DNA of 64,000 bases from Paracoccaceae bacterium (lineage in GTDB: Bacteria; Pseudomonadota; Alphaproteobacteria; Rhodobacterales; Rhodobacteraceae): the NCBI GenBank assembly GCA_947504705.1, contig CANNIA010000002.1, positions 49,867 through 113,866 on the forward strand, given 5' to 3'. Below the pieces are notes generated by a model, which had not been told where the DNA came from, did not search any database, and saw only the letters and a list, made by a program, of their open reading frames with translations. Below, piece after piece: positions 43,215 to 53,015 of this stretch; within the stretch, counting starts at the first letter, position 1; each line of letters starts with the position of its first letter. The translations under genes were made by a program, and so were the position numbers.

Positions 43215-43732
43215 TTGAACGGATTGCCCGGCGATTGGATTACATTGCCGCAATCGATCAGCGCATCAATCGAAGCGCTTGACCCGGCCAACGAATAGTC
43301 CTGCACGTCCGACCCGTCTGCGTCCCGCAGGTAAAGCCGGTTGCCGCGTGCAATCTCGGTGATGAGGTTCACACCGGACTGGCTGTCGGGCAAGTCGATC
43401 AGCACCGAGTTCAAGTACAACTCCCCGCTCGCCGACCATGCTCCTCTCCGGTCAATCTCGAATGCAAGATCCGAATACTGCCCGGGCTCTTCGCTGAACT
43501 GCCACGCTGCGGAATAGAACTGAAGTGAAACCGCCCCGTTAGGGTAGGTCCAAATCGAAAAGCTTTCGGCATCCGTTCCAACCTTGGCTTCGCAGGCAAA
43601 GGTGCCATCGTCGAAGCCATGAATCAGCACTTGCCAGTGCTTGTACGAATAGACCACCTCGGACTGTTGCGCCGAAGCTGCCCCTGCGAAAACGGCCAGC
43701 GCGGCCGCAGCAAACCATAAGCGAATTTTCAT
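43211..43732 (-). CDS. secreted hypothetical protein (signal peptide MKIRLWFAAAALAVFAGAASA)
   Basis: ATG at 43732 with a GGGAAG Shine-Dalgarno, inside track ORF 43211..43855. Confidence 0.55.
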   Translation of the reverse strand: MKIRLWFAAAALAVFAGAASAQQSEVVYSYKHWQVLIHGFDDGTFACEAKVGTDAESFSIWTYPNGAVSLQFYSAAWQFSEEPGQYSDLAFEIDRRGAWSASGELYLNSVLIDLPDSQSGVNLITEIARGNRLYLRDADGSDVQDYSLAGSSASIDALIDCGNVIQSPGNPFN

Positions 43733-43836
43733 CTTCCCTACCCGAAAGTCGTTCCCTGCGCCAGTTTTCACGCGCGCGGGTGATTCCTGCAAATGAAACT
43801 TGCTGTCATCCAGGTCAAAAGCGGCCCTGAACGGGG

Positions 43837-45729
43837 TCAAGGCGCCCATTCCCACGGGTTCGCGAACTGGCCAAGCACCGCCGCGACGGCCTGATCCTCG
43901 ATCGGCGCACTTTTCGCCAGTTGCGCCACCAGGCCGCGCTTCTTGTCCTCGACCACTTGCGCAACGCGCGCGGGAATGCCGACTGCAGCAAGAGCGGCAT
44001 CATAACACCGGGTGATCGCCATCCGCCGCAGGTCCGGCTTGAACACCTTGCCGACCCCGGTCTTGGGCAGTTCCGGCAGAACCTCAAGGTGTTTTGGCAA
44101 GGCCGCCCGCTCCTGGATATGGGCGGATGCATGGGCCATCAGTTCCTGCACTGTGGCCGAGGCCCCCTTGACCAGTTCCACATAGGCGCACGGCAATTCC
44201 CCCGCATGCGCATCCGGCTGACCGATCGCCCCGACCATGGCCACCGCCGGATGACCCATCAGCGCCTCCTCGATGATCGCGGGGTCGATGTTGTGGCCGC
44301 CCCGGATGATCAGGTCCTTCGCCCGCCCGGTGATGAACAGATACCCGTCCGGGTCGATCCGCCCCAGATCGCCGGTGCGCAGGAACCGGCCTTCGGCGAA
44401 AAGCTCCTTGTTCTTGTCAGCCTCGGTATAGGTCGACCCTTCAAACACACCGGGGCTGGAGATGCATATCTCGCCAACCTCATCCACCTCGCATTCGCGG
44501 AAATGCGTGGCTCCCTGCTTGGTCAGGATGCGCACGGTCGTATAGGGGAAGATGCAGCCGACCGAGCCGATCTTTTTCGGCCCATCAACCGGGTTCACCG
44601 CGACAAGGCAGGTCGCTTCGGTCAGGCCGTAGCCTTCGATGATGTCGATCCCGGTTTCCTTCTTAAAGCGGTTGTAAAGCTCGATCGGCAGCGGCGCAGA
44701 CCCCGAAAAGGCCTTCTTCAGGCTGGAAATATCGGCATTGACCGGCCGCTGCATCAGCGCGGAAAGTGCGGTGGGGACCGTGATCAGGTAAGTGCAGCGA
44801 TAGCGTTCCACCAGCTTCCAAAGGTTGTCGAACACTCCCTCACCTCGGTACCCCTGCGGCGTCGGAAACACGACATGCGCCCCCGCCCCGACCATCGACA
44901 TCAGGATCGGATAGACCGCAAAGACATGGAACAAGGGCAGCGGGCACATGACCACATCCTCGGCACCAAACAGCAGCCGCGACCCGATCCAGCCGTTATA
45001 GATCATGCCGCTGGCCTTGTGCTGCGCGACCTTGGGCATGCCCGTGGTGCCGCCCGTGTGGAAATAGGCGGCGACGTGGTCCTCGGTCCGGTCGGCAAAG
45101 GTCAAACGGTCCGCAGGCATCCGCGCCATTTCCCCCCGGAAATCCTTGATGTCGGCCCTATGTTGCGGTGGGTTCTTCGGCCGCATCCAGGGCACCAGAA
45201 ACCGCTTCAGCCCGGCAAGGTTCGGCACCATATCGATCTCAACCACGGTTTTGACGTTGGGCGCGAACTGAACCGCCTCGCTCACCTTCTGCGGCAGGTC
45301 GGTCTTCGGGAAAGCCTTCAGCGTGACCACGACCTTGGCATTCGTCTCGCGCAGGATGGCGGCAATCTTTTCGGGTTCCAGCAAAGGGTTGATCGGGTTC
45401 ACGATCCCCGCCACCGCACCGGCAAGGAAGGTTACCGCCGTTTCCATCGTGTTCGGCATCACATAGGCGACCACGTCCGTCGGCCCCACGCCAAGCGAGC
45501 GGAACAGGTTCGCCGCTTGCGTCACCTGCCCATGCAGCTCGGCCCAGCTCAGCGTTGTCTTCTTGCTGGCCGGGTCCGACAAAAGCTGAAAACTGATCGC
45601 CGGGCGGTTGCCATGCTTGGCCTTCGCGCGCGTCAGATACTCATAGATCGACCGCGCCTCGCCCCGGTCGGCCCAGGGCATCTCTGCTTCAATCGCGCGC
45701 AGGTCCGCTGAGGTGGCGAAGCTGGTCAT
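43837..45729 (-). CDS. acyl-CoA synthetase (AMP-binding enzyme family)
   Basis: TGGTTGMPK and GYGLTE motifs are present. Confidence 0.85.
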   Translation of the reverse strand: MTSFATSADLRAIEAEMPWADRGEARSIYEYLTRAKAKHGNRPAISFQLLSDPASKKTTLSWAELHGQVTQAANLFRSLGVGPTDVVAYVMPNTMETAVTFLAGAVAGIVNPINPLLEPEKIAAILRETNAKVVVTLKAFPKTDLPQKVSEAVQFAPNVKTVVEIDMVPNLAGLKRFLVPWMRPKNPPQHRADIKDFRGEMARMPADRLTFADRTEDHVAAYFHTGGTTGMPKVAQHKASGMIYNGWIGSRLLFGAEDVVMCPLPLFHVFAVYPILMSMVGAGAHVVFPTPQGYRGEGVFDNLWKLVERYRCTYLITVPTALSALMQRPVNADISSLKKAFSGSAPLPIELYNRFKKETGIDIIEGYGLTEATCLVAVNPVDGPKKIGSVGCIFPYTTVRILTKQGATHFRECEVDEVGEICISSPGVFEGSTYTEADKNKELFAEGRFLRTGDLGRIDPDGYLFITGRAKDLIIRGGHNIDPAIIEEALMGHPAVAMVGAIGQPDAHAGELPCAYVELVKGASATVQELMAHASAHIQERAALPKHLEVLPELPKTGVGKVFKPDLRRMAITRCYDAALAAVGIPARVAQVVEDKKRGLVAQLAKSAPIEDQAVAAVLGQFANPWEWAP

Positions 45730-45844
45730 CCCGGTCTCTCCCTGACTGCCCGCTGTCGCCGCGGGTTTCAGGCAGGATGGTCAGAACCGGGGGCTTTGTG
45801 AAGTAAGTTTGTTCTTACCCCGGGATATCGACGCCAACGTCAGA

Positions 45845-47641
45845 TCACGCCGTCCCATCCGTGAATTGCAGTCGGGCCAGCCGGGCATAGATCCCGTCTT
45901 GCGCCACCAGCTCTTCATGGGTGCCCTGCGCCACGATCTGACCCTGATCGAACACAACGATCCGATCTGCCCGCTTGACCGTGGCCAGCCTGTGCGCCAC
46001 GACCAAAGTTGTCCGCCCTTCGGCCAGCTTGTCGACCGCCGCCTGCACCAAACGCTCACTCTCCGCGTCCAGCGCAGAAGTCGCCTCGTCCAACAGCAGG
46101 ATCGGCGCATCCCGCAGAATCGCCCGCGCAATCGCTACCCGCTGCTTCTGCCCGCCCGACAGCATCACCCCCCGCTCGCCCAGATTGCTGTCATAGCCCT
46201 GCGGCAGCGCGCTCAGGAAATCATGCGCCGCCGCCGCGCGTGCAGCCGCCTCAACCTCGGCATCCGTCGCCTCCAGTCGCCCGAACCGGATGTTCTCGCG
46301 GGCCGAAGTGGCAAAGATCACCGGGTCCTGCGGCACCAGCGCAATCGATTGCCGAAAATCGGCCCGCGCCAGATCGGTCAGCGCCACGCCATCCAACAGG
46401 ATCTGCCCCGCCTGCGGATCATAGAACCGCATCAGCAGTTGCAGGATCGTCGTCTTGCCCGCCCCCGAAGGCCCAACCAGCGCCACCGTCTCACCCGGCT
46501 TCACATGCAGCGAAATCCCGTTCAGCGCCGAAGCCTCGGGCCGTGCCGGATAGCGGAAGGTCACGTCCTGAAACGCGATCTCGCCCCGGACCGGACGCGG
46601 CAGCGCCAAAGGCCGCGCCTTGTCCTGCACCGAATCCTCAGTCCCGAGCAGTTCCACCAGCCGCTCGGTCGCGCCCGCCGCCCGCTGAATCTCGCCCCAG
46701 ATTTCCGACAGTGCCCCCACGGCACCCGCAACCATCACCGCATAGATCACGAACTGGATCAGCGCGCCGACCGACATCGTGCCGCCCCGCACGTCCCGCG
46801 CCCCGATCCACAAGACGCCAACCACCCCGGCAAAGACCAAAAAGATCACGATCATCGTCATCACTGCCCGGACTTTGATCCGCGCCTTGGCCGCGCCAAA
46901 GCTTTTCTCGGTGACCTCAGCAAACTGACCCCGCGTCGCGCCCTCATGGGTAAAGGCCTGCACCGTCTGCACCGATGACAGCGCCTCCGACGCAGCCCCA
47001 GATGACACCGCAATCCAGTCCTGATTTTCCCGCGACAATGCTCGCAGCTTTCGGCCCAACACGATGATCGGCACGATGATTGCCGGCACGACCAGCAGCA
47101 CCAGCCCCGTCAGTTTGGCCGAGGTCAGTAACAACAGCCCCAGCCCGCCAAACAGGATCAGCACATTGCGCAGCGCCACCGAGACTGACGAGCCGATCAC
47201 CGACAGAATCAGCGTCGTGTCCGTGGTGATCCGGCTCAGAACCTCGCCGGTCAGGACACGCTCGAAAAACGCGGGCGACATGCCCAGAACCCGGTCGAAC
47301 AGAGCCTTTCTTATGTCCGCCACTACCCGCTCGCCCAGCCGAGTTACAAGGTAATACCGAGCGCCAGTGCCCAACGCCAAAAGCGCCGCAATCGCCAGCG
47401 CCGCGCCGAAATACTTGTCCAGAAGCCCGACCTGCGCCGTGCTGAACCCGTCGATCACCCGACGCACGGCCAAGGGCAGCACAAGGCTGATCCCCGCCGT
47501 CAGGATCAGCGCGCACAGCGCCAGCAGACCCATGCCGCGATAGGGCCAAAGAAAGGGCACCAGCCCCCGCAGCGCGCCCACCCGCTTTGACTTTGGCCGA
47601 TCCTCGGCCCCAGATGCGTCCGCCATGCTGCCCTGCCTCAT
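45845..47641 (-). CDS. ABC transporter permease/ATP-binding protein (exporter, MsbA-like)
   Basis: Six TM N-terminal domain, then Walker A GPSGAGKTT, signature LSGGQKQR and Walker B ILLLDEATSALD. Confidence 0.85.
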   Translation of the reverse strand: MRQGSMADASGAEDRPKSKRVGALRGLVPFLWPYRGMGLLALCALILTAGISLVLPLAVRRVIDGFSTAQVGLLDKYFGAALAIAALLALGTGARYYLVTRLGERVVADIRKALFDRVLGMSPAFFERVLTGEVLSRITTDTTLILSVIGSSVSVALRNVLILFGGLGLLLLTSAKLTGLVLLVVPAIIVPIIVLGRKLRALSRENQDWIAVSSGAASEALSSVQTVQAFTHEGATRGQFAEVTEKSFGAAKARIKVRAVMTMIVIFLVFAGVVGVLWIGARDVRGGTMSVGALIQFVIYAVMVAGAVGALSEIWGEIQRAAGATERLVELLGTEDSVQDKARPLALPRPVRGEIAFQDVTFRYPARPEASALNGISLHVKPGETVALVGPSGAGKTTILQLLMRFYDPQAGQILLDGVALTDLARADFRQSIALVPQDPVIFATSARENIRFGRLEATDAEVEAAARAAAAHDFLSALPQGYDSNLGERGVMLSGGQKQRVAIARAILRDAPILLLDEATSALDAESERLVQAAVDKLAEGRTTLVVAHRLATVKRADRIVVFDQGQIVAQGTHEELVAQDGIYARLARLQFTDGTA

Positions 47642-47977
47642 CTTTGCTTGGCCAAGGGTTTAGTCGCCCCGCGCCCCGCCCACAAGCTTTGCCATCCGCG
47701 ACCAATGGCGCGCGGCCCTCTGGCCGGTGATTTCCCGCACCGCCTCAATTCGTTCGGTCATAGTTAACGCCCAAACCTCTTACCTTGGGGCAAGACGGAA
47801 GCAAGACGCAAGCAAGACAGTGGCTTGCCCCCCAAACACCGGGATTAACTCTGCGATCTCAGCCCCTTATGGCAAATACCATGCCCCTCCCCCTCACCGC
47901 CTTTAACCTTTCGAAACCACAGCCACCCTTCCCCCCGCCGACGTCCCATGCCACCTTGCCGCCAAAGGATGGACCCG

Positions 47978-48802
47978 ATGTCTGAAACCCGCTTCCGCGC
48001 CGCTGATGGTGCCATGCTCGCCTACCGCGATCAGGGCGAAGGTCTGCCGCTTCTCTGCCTGCCCGGCTTGACCCGCGCCATGGGGGACTTCGACTACCTG
48101 ATTCCGCATCTCCCTCCTATCCGATTGATCCGTATAGATTATCGTGGCCGCGGGGCCAGCGACTGGACCGGCGCCGCAACCTATACCGTCGATCAGGAAT
48201 CCCGCGATGCCCTCGCCCTTCTCGACCATCTGGGGGTCGCGAAAGCCGCGATCCTCGGTACGTCCCGAGGCGGCCTGATCGGCATGGTCCTCGGTGCCGT
48301 CGCCCGCGATCGCATCCTTGGCCTCTGCCTCAACGACGTCGGACCCGAGATTGCCCGCGACGGCCTGACCCGCATTTTCGACTACGTCGGCCGCAACCCA
48401 GCAGGCAAGACACACCAAGGCTATGCCGAGCGCCTCTCCCGGACCCCAGGTTTTGTGGGTGTGCCCATGTCGCGCTGGCTAACCGAAGCCCAAAGACTGT
48501 CGATCGAAACCCCCGAAGGCCTCCGCATCCCCTACGACCCCGCCCTGCGCGAGTCGTTCCTGAAGGCCTTCGAAGGCCCCCCCGTCGACCTCTGGCCCCT
48601 CTTCGACGGCCTGCAAGGACTTCCCCTTGCCCTCATCCGGGGTGCCAACTCTGACCTTCTGACCGACGACACCGCGCAGAAAATGCAGGCCCGCCGCCCC
48701 GACATGCTTTTCACGCAAGTCCCTGATCGCGCTCACATTCCTTTCCTAGATGAACCGGAATCCCTGATCCTGATCCAGGCATTCTTGGAGGCGCTCGCAT
48801 GA
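47978..48802 (+). CDS. alpha/beta hydrolase
   Basis: MSETRFRAADGAMLAYRDQGEG... with nucleophile elbow GTSRGG. Confidence 0.75.
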   Translation: MSETRFRAADGAMLAYRDQGEGLPLLCLPGLTRAMGDFDYLIPHLPPIRLIRIDYRGRGASDWTGAATYTVDQESRDALALLDHLGVAKAAILGTSRGGLIGMVLGAVARDRILGLCLNDVGPEIARDGLTRIFDYVGRNPAGKTHQGYAERLSRTPGFVGVPMSRWLTEAQRLSIETPEGLRIPYDPALRESFLKAFEGPPVDLWPLFDGLQGLPLALIRGANSDLLTDDTAQKMQARRPDMLFTQVPDRAHIPFLDEPESLILIQAFLEALA

Positions 48803-49767
48803 CCGACATCGCCGCAATCCATTCCGCCGCTGCCCGTATGGCCGGCCACGTCCGCGAGACCCCACTCTTGAACGCCCCCCTCCTCGACCGCCTCGCCGGA
48901 CGGCGGATATTCGTCAAGGCCGAGTGCCTGCAGATCACTGGCAGCTTCAAGGCCCGCGGCGGCTGGTCCGCCGTTTCCGCCCTTTCGCCCGAGGCCAGAA
49001 AGCGCGGCGTCATCGCCTATTCCTCGGGCAATCATGCCCAAGGGGTCGCCTATGCAGCCGCTGCCCACGCAAGTCCTTGTGTCATCCTGATGCCCTCTGA
49101 CGCGCCGCAAGTGAAGATCGCCAACACCCGCGCCTATGGGGCCGAGGTCGTCCTTTACGACCGCGCCGCCGCCGACCGTGACGCGATGGGGGCCAGCCTC
49201 TCGCAAGACCGAGGCCTGACCCTGATCCGGCCCTATGACGATCCCTTGGTCATTGCCGGGCAAGGCACCGTTGGCATTGAACTCGCCCGCCAGGCCGCCG
49301 CCGCCGGGATCACGGAAGCCGAGGTTCTGGTCTGCTGTGGCGGCGGTGGCCTTTCCTCTGGCATCGCCTTGGCGCTAGAGGCACACGCCCCCAGACTCAA
49401 ACTCCGCACCGCCGAGCCGGAAGGGTTCGACGATATGGCGCGGTCTCTAACCAGCGGGAAACATGAAAGAAACGCGCGCGTATCAGGCTCGATCTGCGAC
49501 GCGATCCTCACCCCTACACCCGGGACTCTGACCCTGCCCATCCTGCAACGCCTGGCCGGAAAGGGCACCGTGATCACCGACGATCAGGCGCTGCAAGCCG
49601 TGGCGTTGGCCTTCACTCACCTTCGTATCGTGCTGGAACCGGGCGGGGCAGCGGCGCTGGCGGCAGCCGTTTTCACCAAAGACCTGCCCGACACCGTAAT
49701 CGCCGTCGTCACCGGCGGCAACGTCGACCCCGGCACCTTCCGCACTGCACTGGAGCGCTTTGCCTGA
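48799..49767 (+). CDS. PLP-dependent threonine/serine ammonia-lyase family protein
   Basis: PLP-lysine motif SFKARG; glycine-rich loop GGGGL. Confidence 0.8.
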   Translation: MTDIAAIHSAAARMAGHVRETPLLNAPLLDRLAGRRIFVKAECLQITGSFKARGGWSAVSALSPEARKRGVIAYSSGNHAQGVAYAAAAHASPCVILMPSDAPQVKIANTRAYGAEVVLYDRAAADRDAMGASLSQDRGLTLIRPYDDPLVIAGQGTVGIELARQAAAAGITEAEVLVCCGGGGLSSGIALALEAHAPRLKLRTAEPEGFDDMARSLTSGKHERNARVSGSICDAILTPTPGTLTLPILQRLAGKGTVITDDQALQAVALAFTHLRIVLEPGGAAALAAAVFTKDLPDTVIAVVTGGNVDPGTFRTALERFA

Positions 49768-50549
49768 TGCTGGTCTACTTCGACGACACCCGCCTCAACG
49801 CCGAACTCACCGGCCCGGAAACCGCGCCACCCCTGGTCCTCATCCACGCGCTTGGCACCAATCTTGCGATCTGGGACGCGGTCCTGCAGCGACTCCCGCC
49901 CTTGCGGATCCTGCGCTATGACCAGCGCGGGCACGGCAAATCTGACGTCCCAAAGCCGCCCTACGCGATGGGAACGCTGGTACGAGATGCCGAACGTCTG
50001 ATGGACTATTTCAAGCTGAAGGACGCCGTCGTCGTCGGCCTTTCGGCGGGCGGGATGGTGGCGCAGGGCCTGGGGGTCAAACGGCTGGATCTGGTGCGAG
50101 GGCTGGTCCTGTCCAACACCGCCCCACGCATCTCCACGCCTGAAATCTGGGCCGACCGCATCGACTTTGTCCGGCGCGAGGGCCTTGATGCCCTCGCCGA
50201 CGGGTCGATGGAGCGGATGCTGGGGCGCAATTGGCGTGACAGCCCCGCCATGCCAGCCTTGCGCAGCATGCTTCTGGCTACGGACCCGCAAGGCTGGATG
50301 GGCGTCGCCGCTGCGGTTGCTGGCACCGACTTTTACGCGACTACGGCAACCTTGACCCTGCCCACTCTCGCCATCGCCGGGGCACTGGACGCTGCCACCC
50401 CACCCGACATGGTGCGGGAAATGGCTGACCTGATCCGGGGCAGCGACTTTCACCTCTTGCGCGCAGCGGGCCACCTGCCCCCTGCTGATCAACCAGATGC
50501 GTTCGCCGCTGTGCTCTCGTCTTTTCTGAAACGGATCGGGCACCTTTGA
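49767..50549 (+). CDS. alpha/beta hydrolase (3-oxoadipate enol-lactonase-like)
   Basis: MLVYFDDTRLNAELTGPETAPPLVLIHALGTNLAIWD... with motif GLSAGG. Confidence 0.7.
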   Translation: MLVYFDDTRLNAELTGPETAPPLVLIHALGTNLAIWDAVLQRLPPLRILRYDQRGHGKSDVPKPPYAMGTLVRDAERLMDYFKLKDAVVVGLSAGGMVAQGLGVKRLDLVRGLVLSNTAPRISTPEIWADRIDFVRREGLDALADGSMERMLGRNWRDSPAMPALRSMLLATDPQGWMGVAAAVAGTDFYATTATLTLPTLAIAGALDAATPPDMVREMADLIRGSDFHLLRAAGHLPPADQPDAFAAVLSSFLKRIGHL

Positions 50550-50692
50550 CCAACGGCAAAAGGCGGCATACTCTGTCGTTTCTGGACCTGACCCGGCGTC
50601 CTTCCCTCCCTAGTTTGCTCTTTTGACAAATACTCCACGGGGGTGCGGGGGTGTGAAACCCCCGCTTCCACAGCCAGCCAAAGGAACGCCCG

Positions 50693-51931
50693 ATGAAACT
50701 CAAGGACCTGGAAATCTTCGTCGTCGCCCCGCCGTTCCCGGGTTGGGGCGGGCGTTACTGGATCTTCACCAAGCTGACCACCGACACCGGGATCGTGGGC
50801 TACGGCGAATGCTATGCCTCGACCGTCGGCCCCAGGGCGATGCAGGCGGTGATCGAGGATGTCTTCGAGCGTCACATGCAGGGCGAGAACCCCGAGAATA
50901 TCGAGCTGATGTTCCGCCGCGCCTATTCCTCGGGCTTCACCCAACGCCCCGATCCGACCGTGATGGGCGCGTTCTCGGGCCTTGAGATCGCCTGCTGGGA
51001 CATCATCGGCAAAGCACGGAACCGCCCGGTCTGGGCGCTGTTGGGCGGCAAGATGAACGAGCGGATCCGCTCTTACACCTACCTTTACCCCGAAGCCGGC
51101 AAGGAATCGGCCGCGTTCTGGGTTGACCCCGATGCCGCCGCCGAAGCCGCTGTCCGGTTCATGAACCAGGGCTTTACGGCCGTCAAATTCGACCCCGCCG
51201 GCCCCTACACGATCCGGGGCGGGCATGAACCGGCAATGTCCGACATCACCCGCTCCATAGCCTTCTGCAAGGCGATCCGCGAGGCGGTGGGCGACCGGGT
51301 TGACCTTCTGTTCGGCACACATGGCCAGTTCACCACCCCCGGTGCCATCCGCATGGGCCGGGAACTCGAACCCTACAACCCGCTTTGGTACGAAGAGCCG
51401 ATCCCGCCGGACAACCTCCTGGAATTCGCCGAAGTCGCGAAATCGGTCCGCGTGCCGCTGGCGACGGGCGAGCGGATGACGACCAAGGCCGAATTTGGAA
51501 CCCTTCTGCGGGCGGGTGGCGTCAAGATATTGCAGCCAGCGCTGGGGCGTGTGGGGGGTATCTGGGAAGCCAAGAAGATCGCCGCCATGGCCGAAATCTT
51601 CAATGCCGAGATGGCCCCGCACTTGTACGCGGGCCCGGTAGAATGGGCGGCCAACGTCCATTTTGCCGCCTCGATCCCGAACCTGCTGATTGCCGAAACG
51701 ATCGAGACTGGCGGAGCCTTCCATCAGAAATTGATCAAGAATTCGATCAAGTGGGAAGACGGCTACATCATCCCGCCAGAAGCCCCCGGCCTTGGCATCG
51801 ACTTTGACGAAGACGTCGCCCGCGCCCACCCGTTCACCGGCACCGGCCTGCATCTGCAGATGCAGGAAGCGCCCTGTGACTATCGCCACGGCAACAAGTT
51901 TGAAGGCGGCGCGCCCAGCAAGAAAGGTTAA
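50693..51931 (+). CDS. enolase-superfamily enzyme (mandelate racemase / sugar-acid dehydratase-like)
   Basis: MKLKDLEIFVVAPP...GYGECYAS...KFDPAG... Confidence 0.8.
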   Translation: MKLKDLEIFVVAPPFPGWGGRYWIFTKLTTDTGIVGYGECYASTVGPRAMQAVIEDVFERHMQGENPENIELMFRRAYSSGFTQRPDPTVMGAFSGLEIACWDIIGKARNRPVWALLGGKMNERIRSYTYLYPEAGKESAAFWVDPDAAAEAAVRFMNQGFTAVKFDPAGPYTIRGGHEPAMSDITRSIAFCKAIREAVGDRVDLLFGTHGQFTTPGAIRMGRELEPYNPLWYEEPIPPDNLLEFAEVAKSVRVPLATGERMTTKAEFGTLLRAGGVKILQPALGRVGGIWEAKKIAAMAEIFNAEMAPHLYAGPVEWAANVHFAASIPNLLIAETIETGGAFHQKLIKNSIKWEDGYIIPPEAPGLGIDFDEDVARAHPFTGTGLHLQMQEAPCDYRHGNKFEGGAPSKKG

Positions 51932-52347
51932 GCCGACAGCCCCTGCAGGGTGACAACAGCGATACCGTTGCCGTTCTTGCGGCGGCGGTAGAACATGTCG
52001 ACATACAGGATCGCGCGACCCTCGCCCGGCAGATCGACGGCACCCGAAACACTGCCCTGCTCGACAAAGGTGTCGAAGTTATAGGCCTTGTCCTCGCCAT
52101 TGGCGAAGTAGACGACCGCCCGTTCGACATGCACGCCATTGCCCGCGACCGCCAGCCGCAGCTTCCGGTAAATGCCGCCATTGTCGGCCACCATGATCCG
52201 GTCGGCGTCGCCAAAGACCCTGACCTTGCGGCTGCCCAGATCAACCCAATCCCCGGCCCAGGCGGCCCGAGCTCCAAACAATGTGCCAACCACCGGGGCA
52301 ATCGCTGCCCCAAGTCCCAATGCCAGAACCGTGCGTCTTGTTGTCAT
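51928..52347 (-). CDS. Tat-signal hypothetical protein
   Basis: MTTRRTVLALGLGAAIAPVVG... with a GGGAGAGGG Shine-Dalgarno. Confidence 0.5.
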   Translation of the reverse strand: MTTRRTVLALGLGAAIAPVVGTLFGARAAWAGDWVDLGSRKVRVFGDADRIMVADNGGIYRKLRLAVAGNGVHVERAVVYFANGEDKAYNFDTFVEQGSVSGAVDLPGEGRAILYVDMFYRRRKNGNGIAVVTLQGLSA

Positions 52348-52439
52348 ATCCCTCTCCCGTTGCAGCAAGCTTTCTCTGCCAGCTTACACGAAATCCGCAA
52401 CACTTTCCGTCGTCAATTTCAAGGAAACGTGGCGGGCCC

Positions 52440-52516
52440 AGGAGGACTCGAACCCCCAACCTCGGACTTAGAAGGTCCTTGCTCTATCCAGTTGAGCTAT
52501 GAGCCCGCGTGATCGC
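52440..52516 (-). tRNA. tRNA-Arg (anticodon TCT)
   Basis: Reverse complement GGGCTCA-TA-GCTC-AACTGGATA-GAGC-A-AGGAC-CTTCTAA-GTCCG-AGGTT-GGGGG-TTCGAGT-CCTCC-TGGGCCC-G-CCA forms a cloverleaf. The anticodon loop CTTCTAA closely resembles E. coli tRNA-Arg(UCU). Confidence 0.9.
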
Positions 52517-52538
52517 CCTTTTGGGCCAAGCCCGAAGT

Positions 52539-53015
52539 TCAGGCAAGCACCTTTGTCATGAAGGTCGAATTCGGGTCCAGCTCATAGCCGTCGAACGGCG
52601 GGCATTCGGTGAATCCGGCCTTCTCATACAGGCGGCGGGCGGGCAGGAACATGGCTTGCGAGCCAGTCTCAAGGCTTAGCCGCCGAAAGCCCGCCGCCTG
52701 CGCCTCGACCAGCAGATGGTCCAGCATCCGGCGCGACAGACCCCGGCCCCGCAGCTCCGACAGGACATGCATCGACTTGATCTCTGCATGGGAAGCATCG
52801 ATCCGCTTGAACGCCCCCATCCCCACCGGCACCCCACTTTCGCGCATGACGAAAAACGCGACCTCCGGGATATCCAGCGACGAGGCATCCATCATGTGGA
52901 TGCTTTCCGGCGGCGTATCCGCGTGCATGTCAACACTGTGCCGCTCCATCAGCAGCGTCAGGTCAGCCCTGGTCGGGCGTTCGCGTGAGATGGTCAGACT
53001 GGCGCTTTGGGTCAT
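52539..53015 (-). CDS. GNAT family N-acetyltransferase
   Basis: Acetyl-CoA binding region (RGRGLSRRMLDHLL). Confidence 0.8.
   Translation of the reverse strand: MTQSASLTISRERPTRADLTLLMERHSVDMHADTPPESIHMMDASSLDIPEVAFFVMRESGVPVGMGAFKRIDASHAEIKSMHVLSELRGRGLSRRMLDHLLVEAQAAGFRRLSLETGSQAMFLPARRLYEKAGFTECPPFDGYELDPNSTFMTKVLA

Noticed and set aside
43921-45711. 596-aa plus-strand ORF
   Set aside because: It is antisense to the acyl-CoA synthetase gene, whose AMP-binding motifs are unambiguous.
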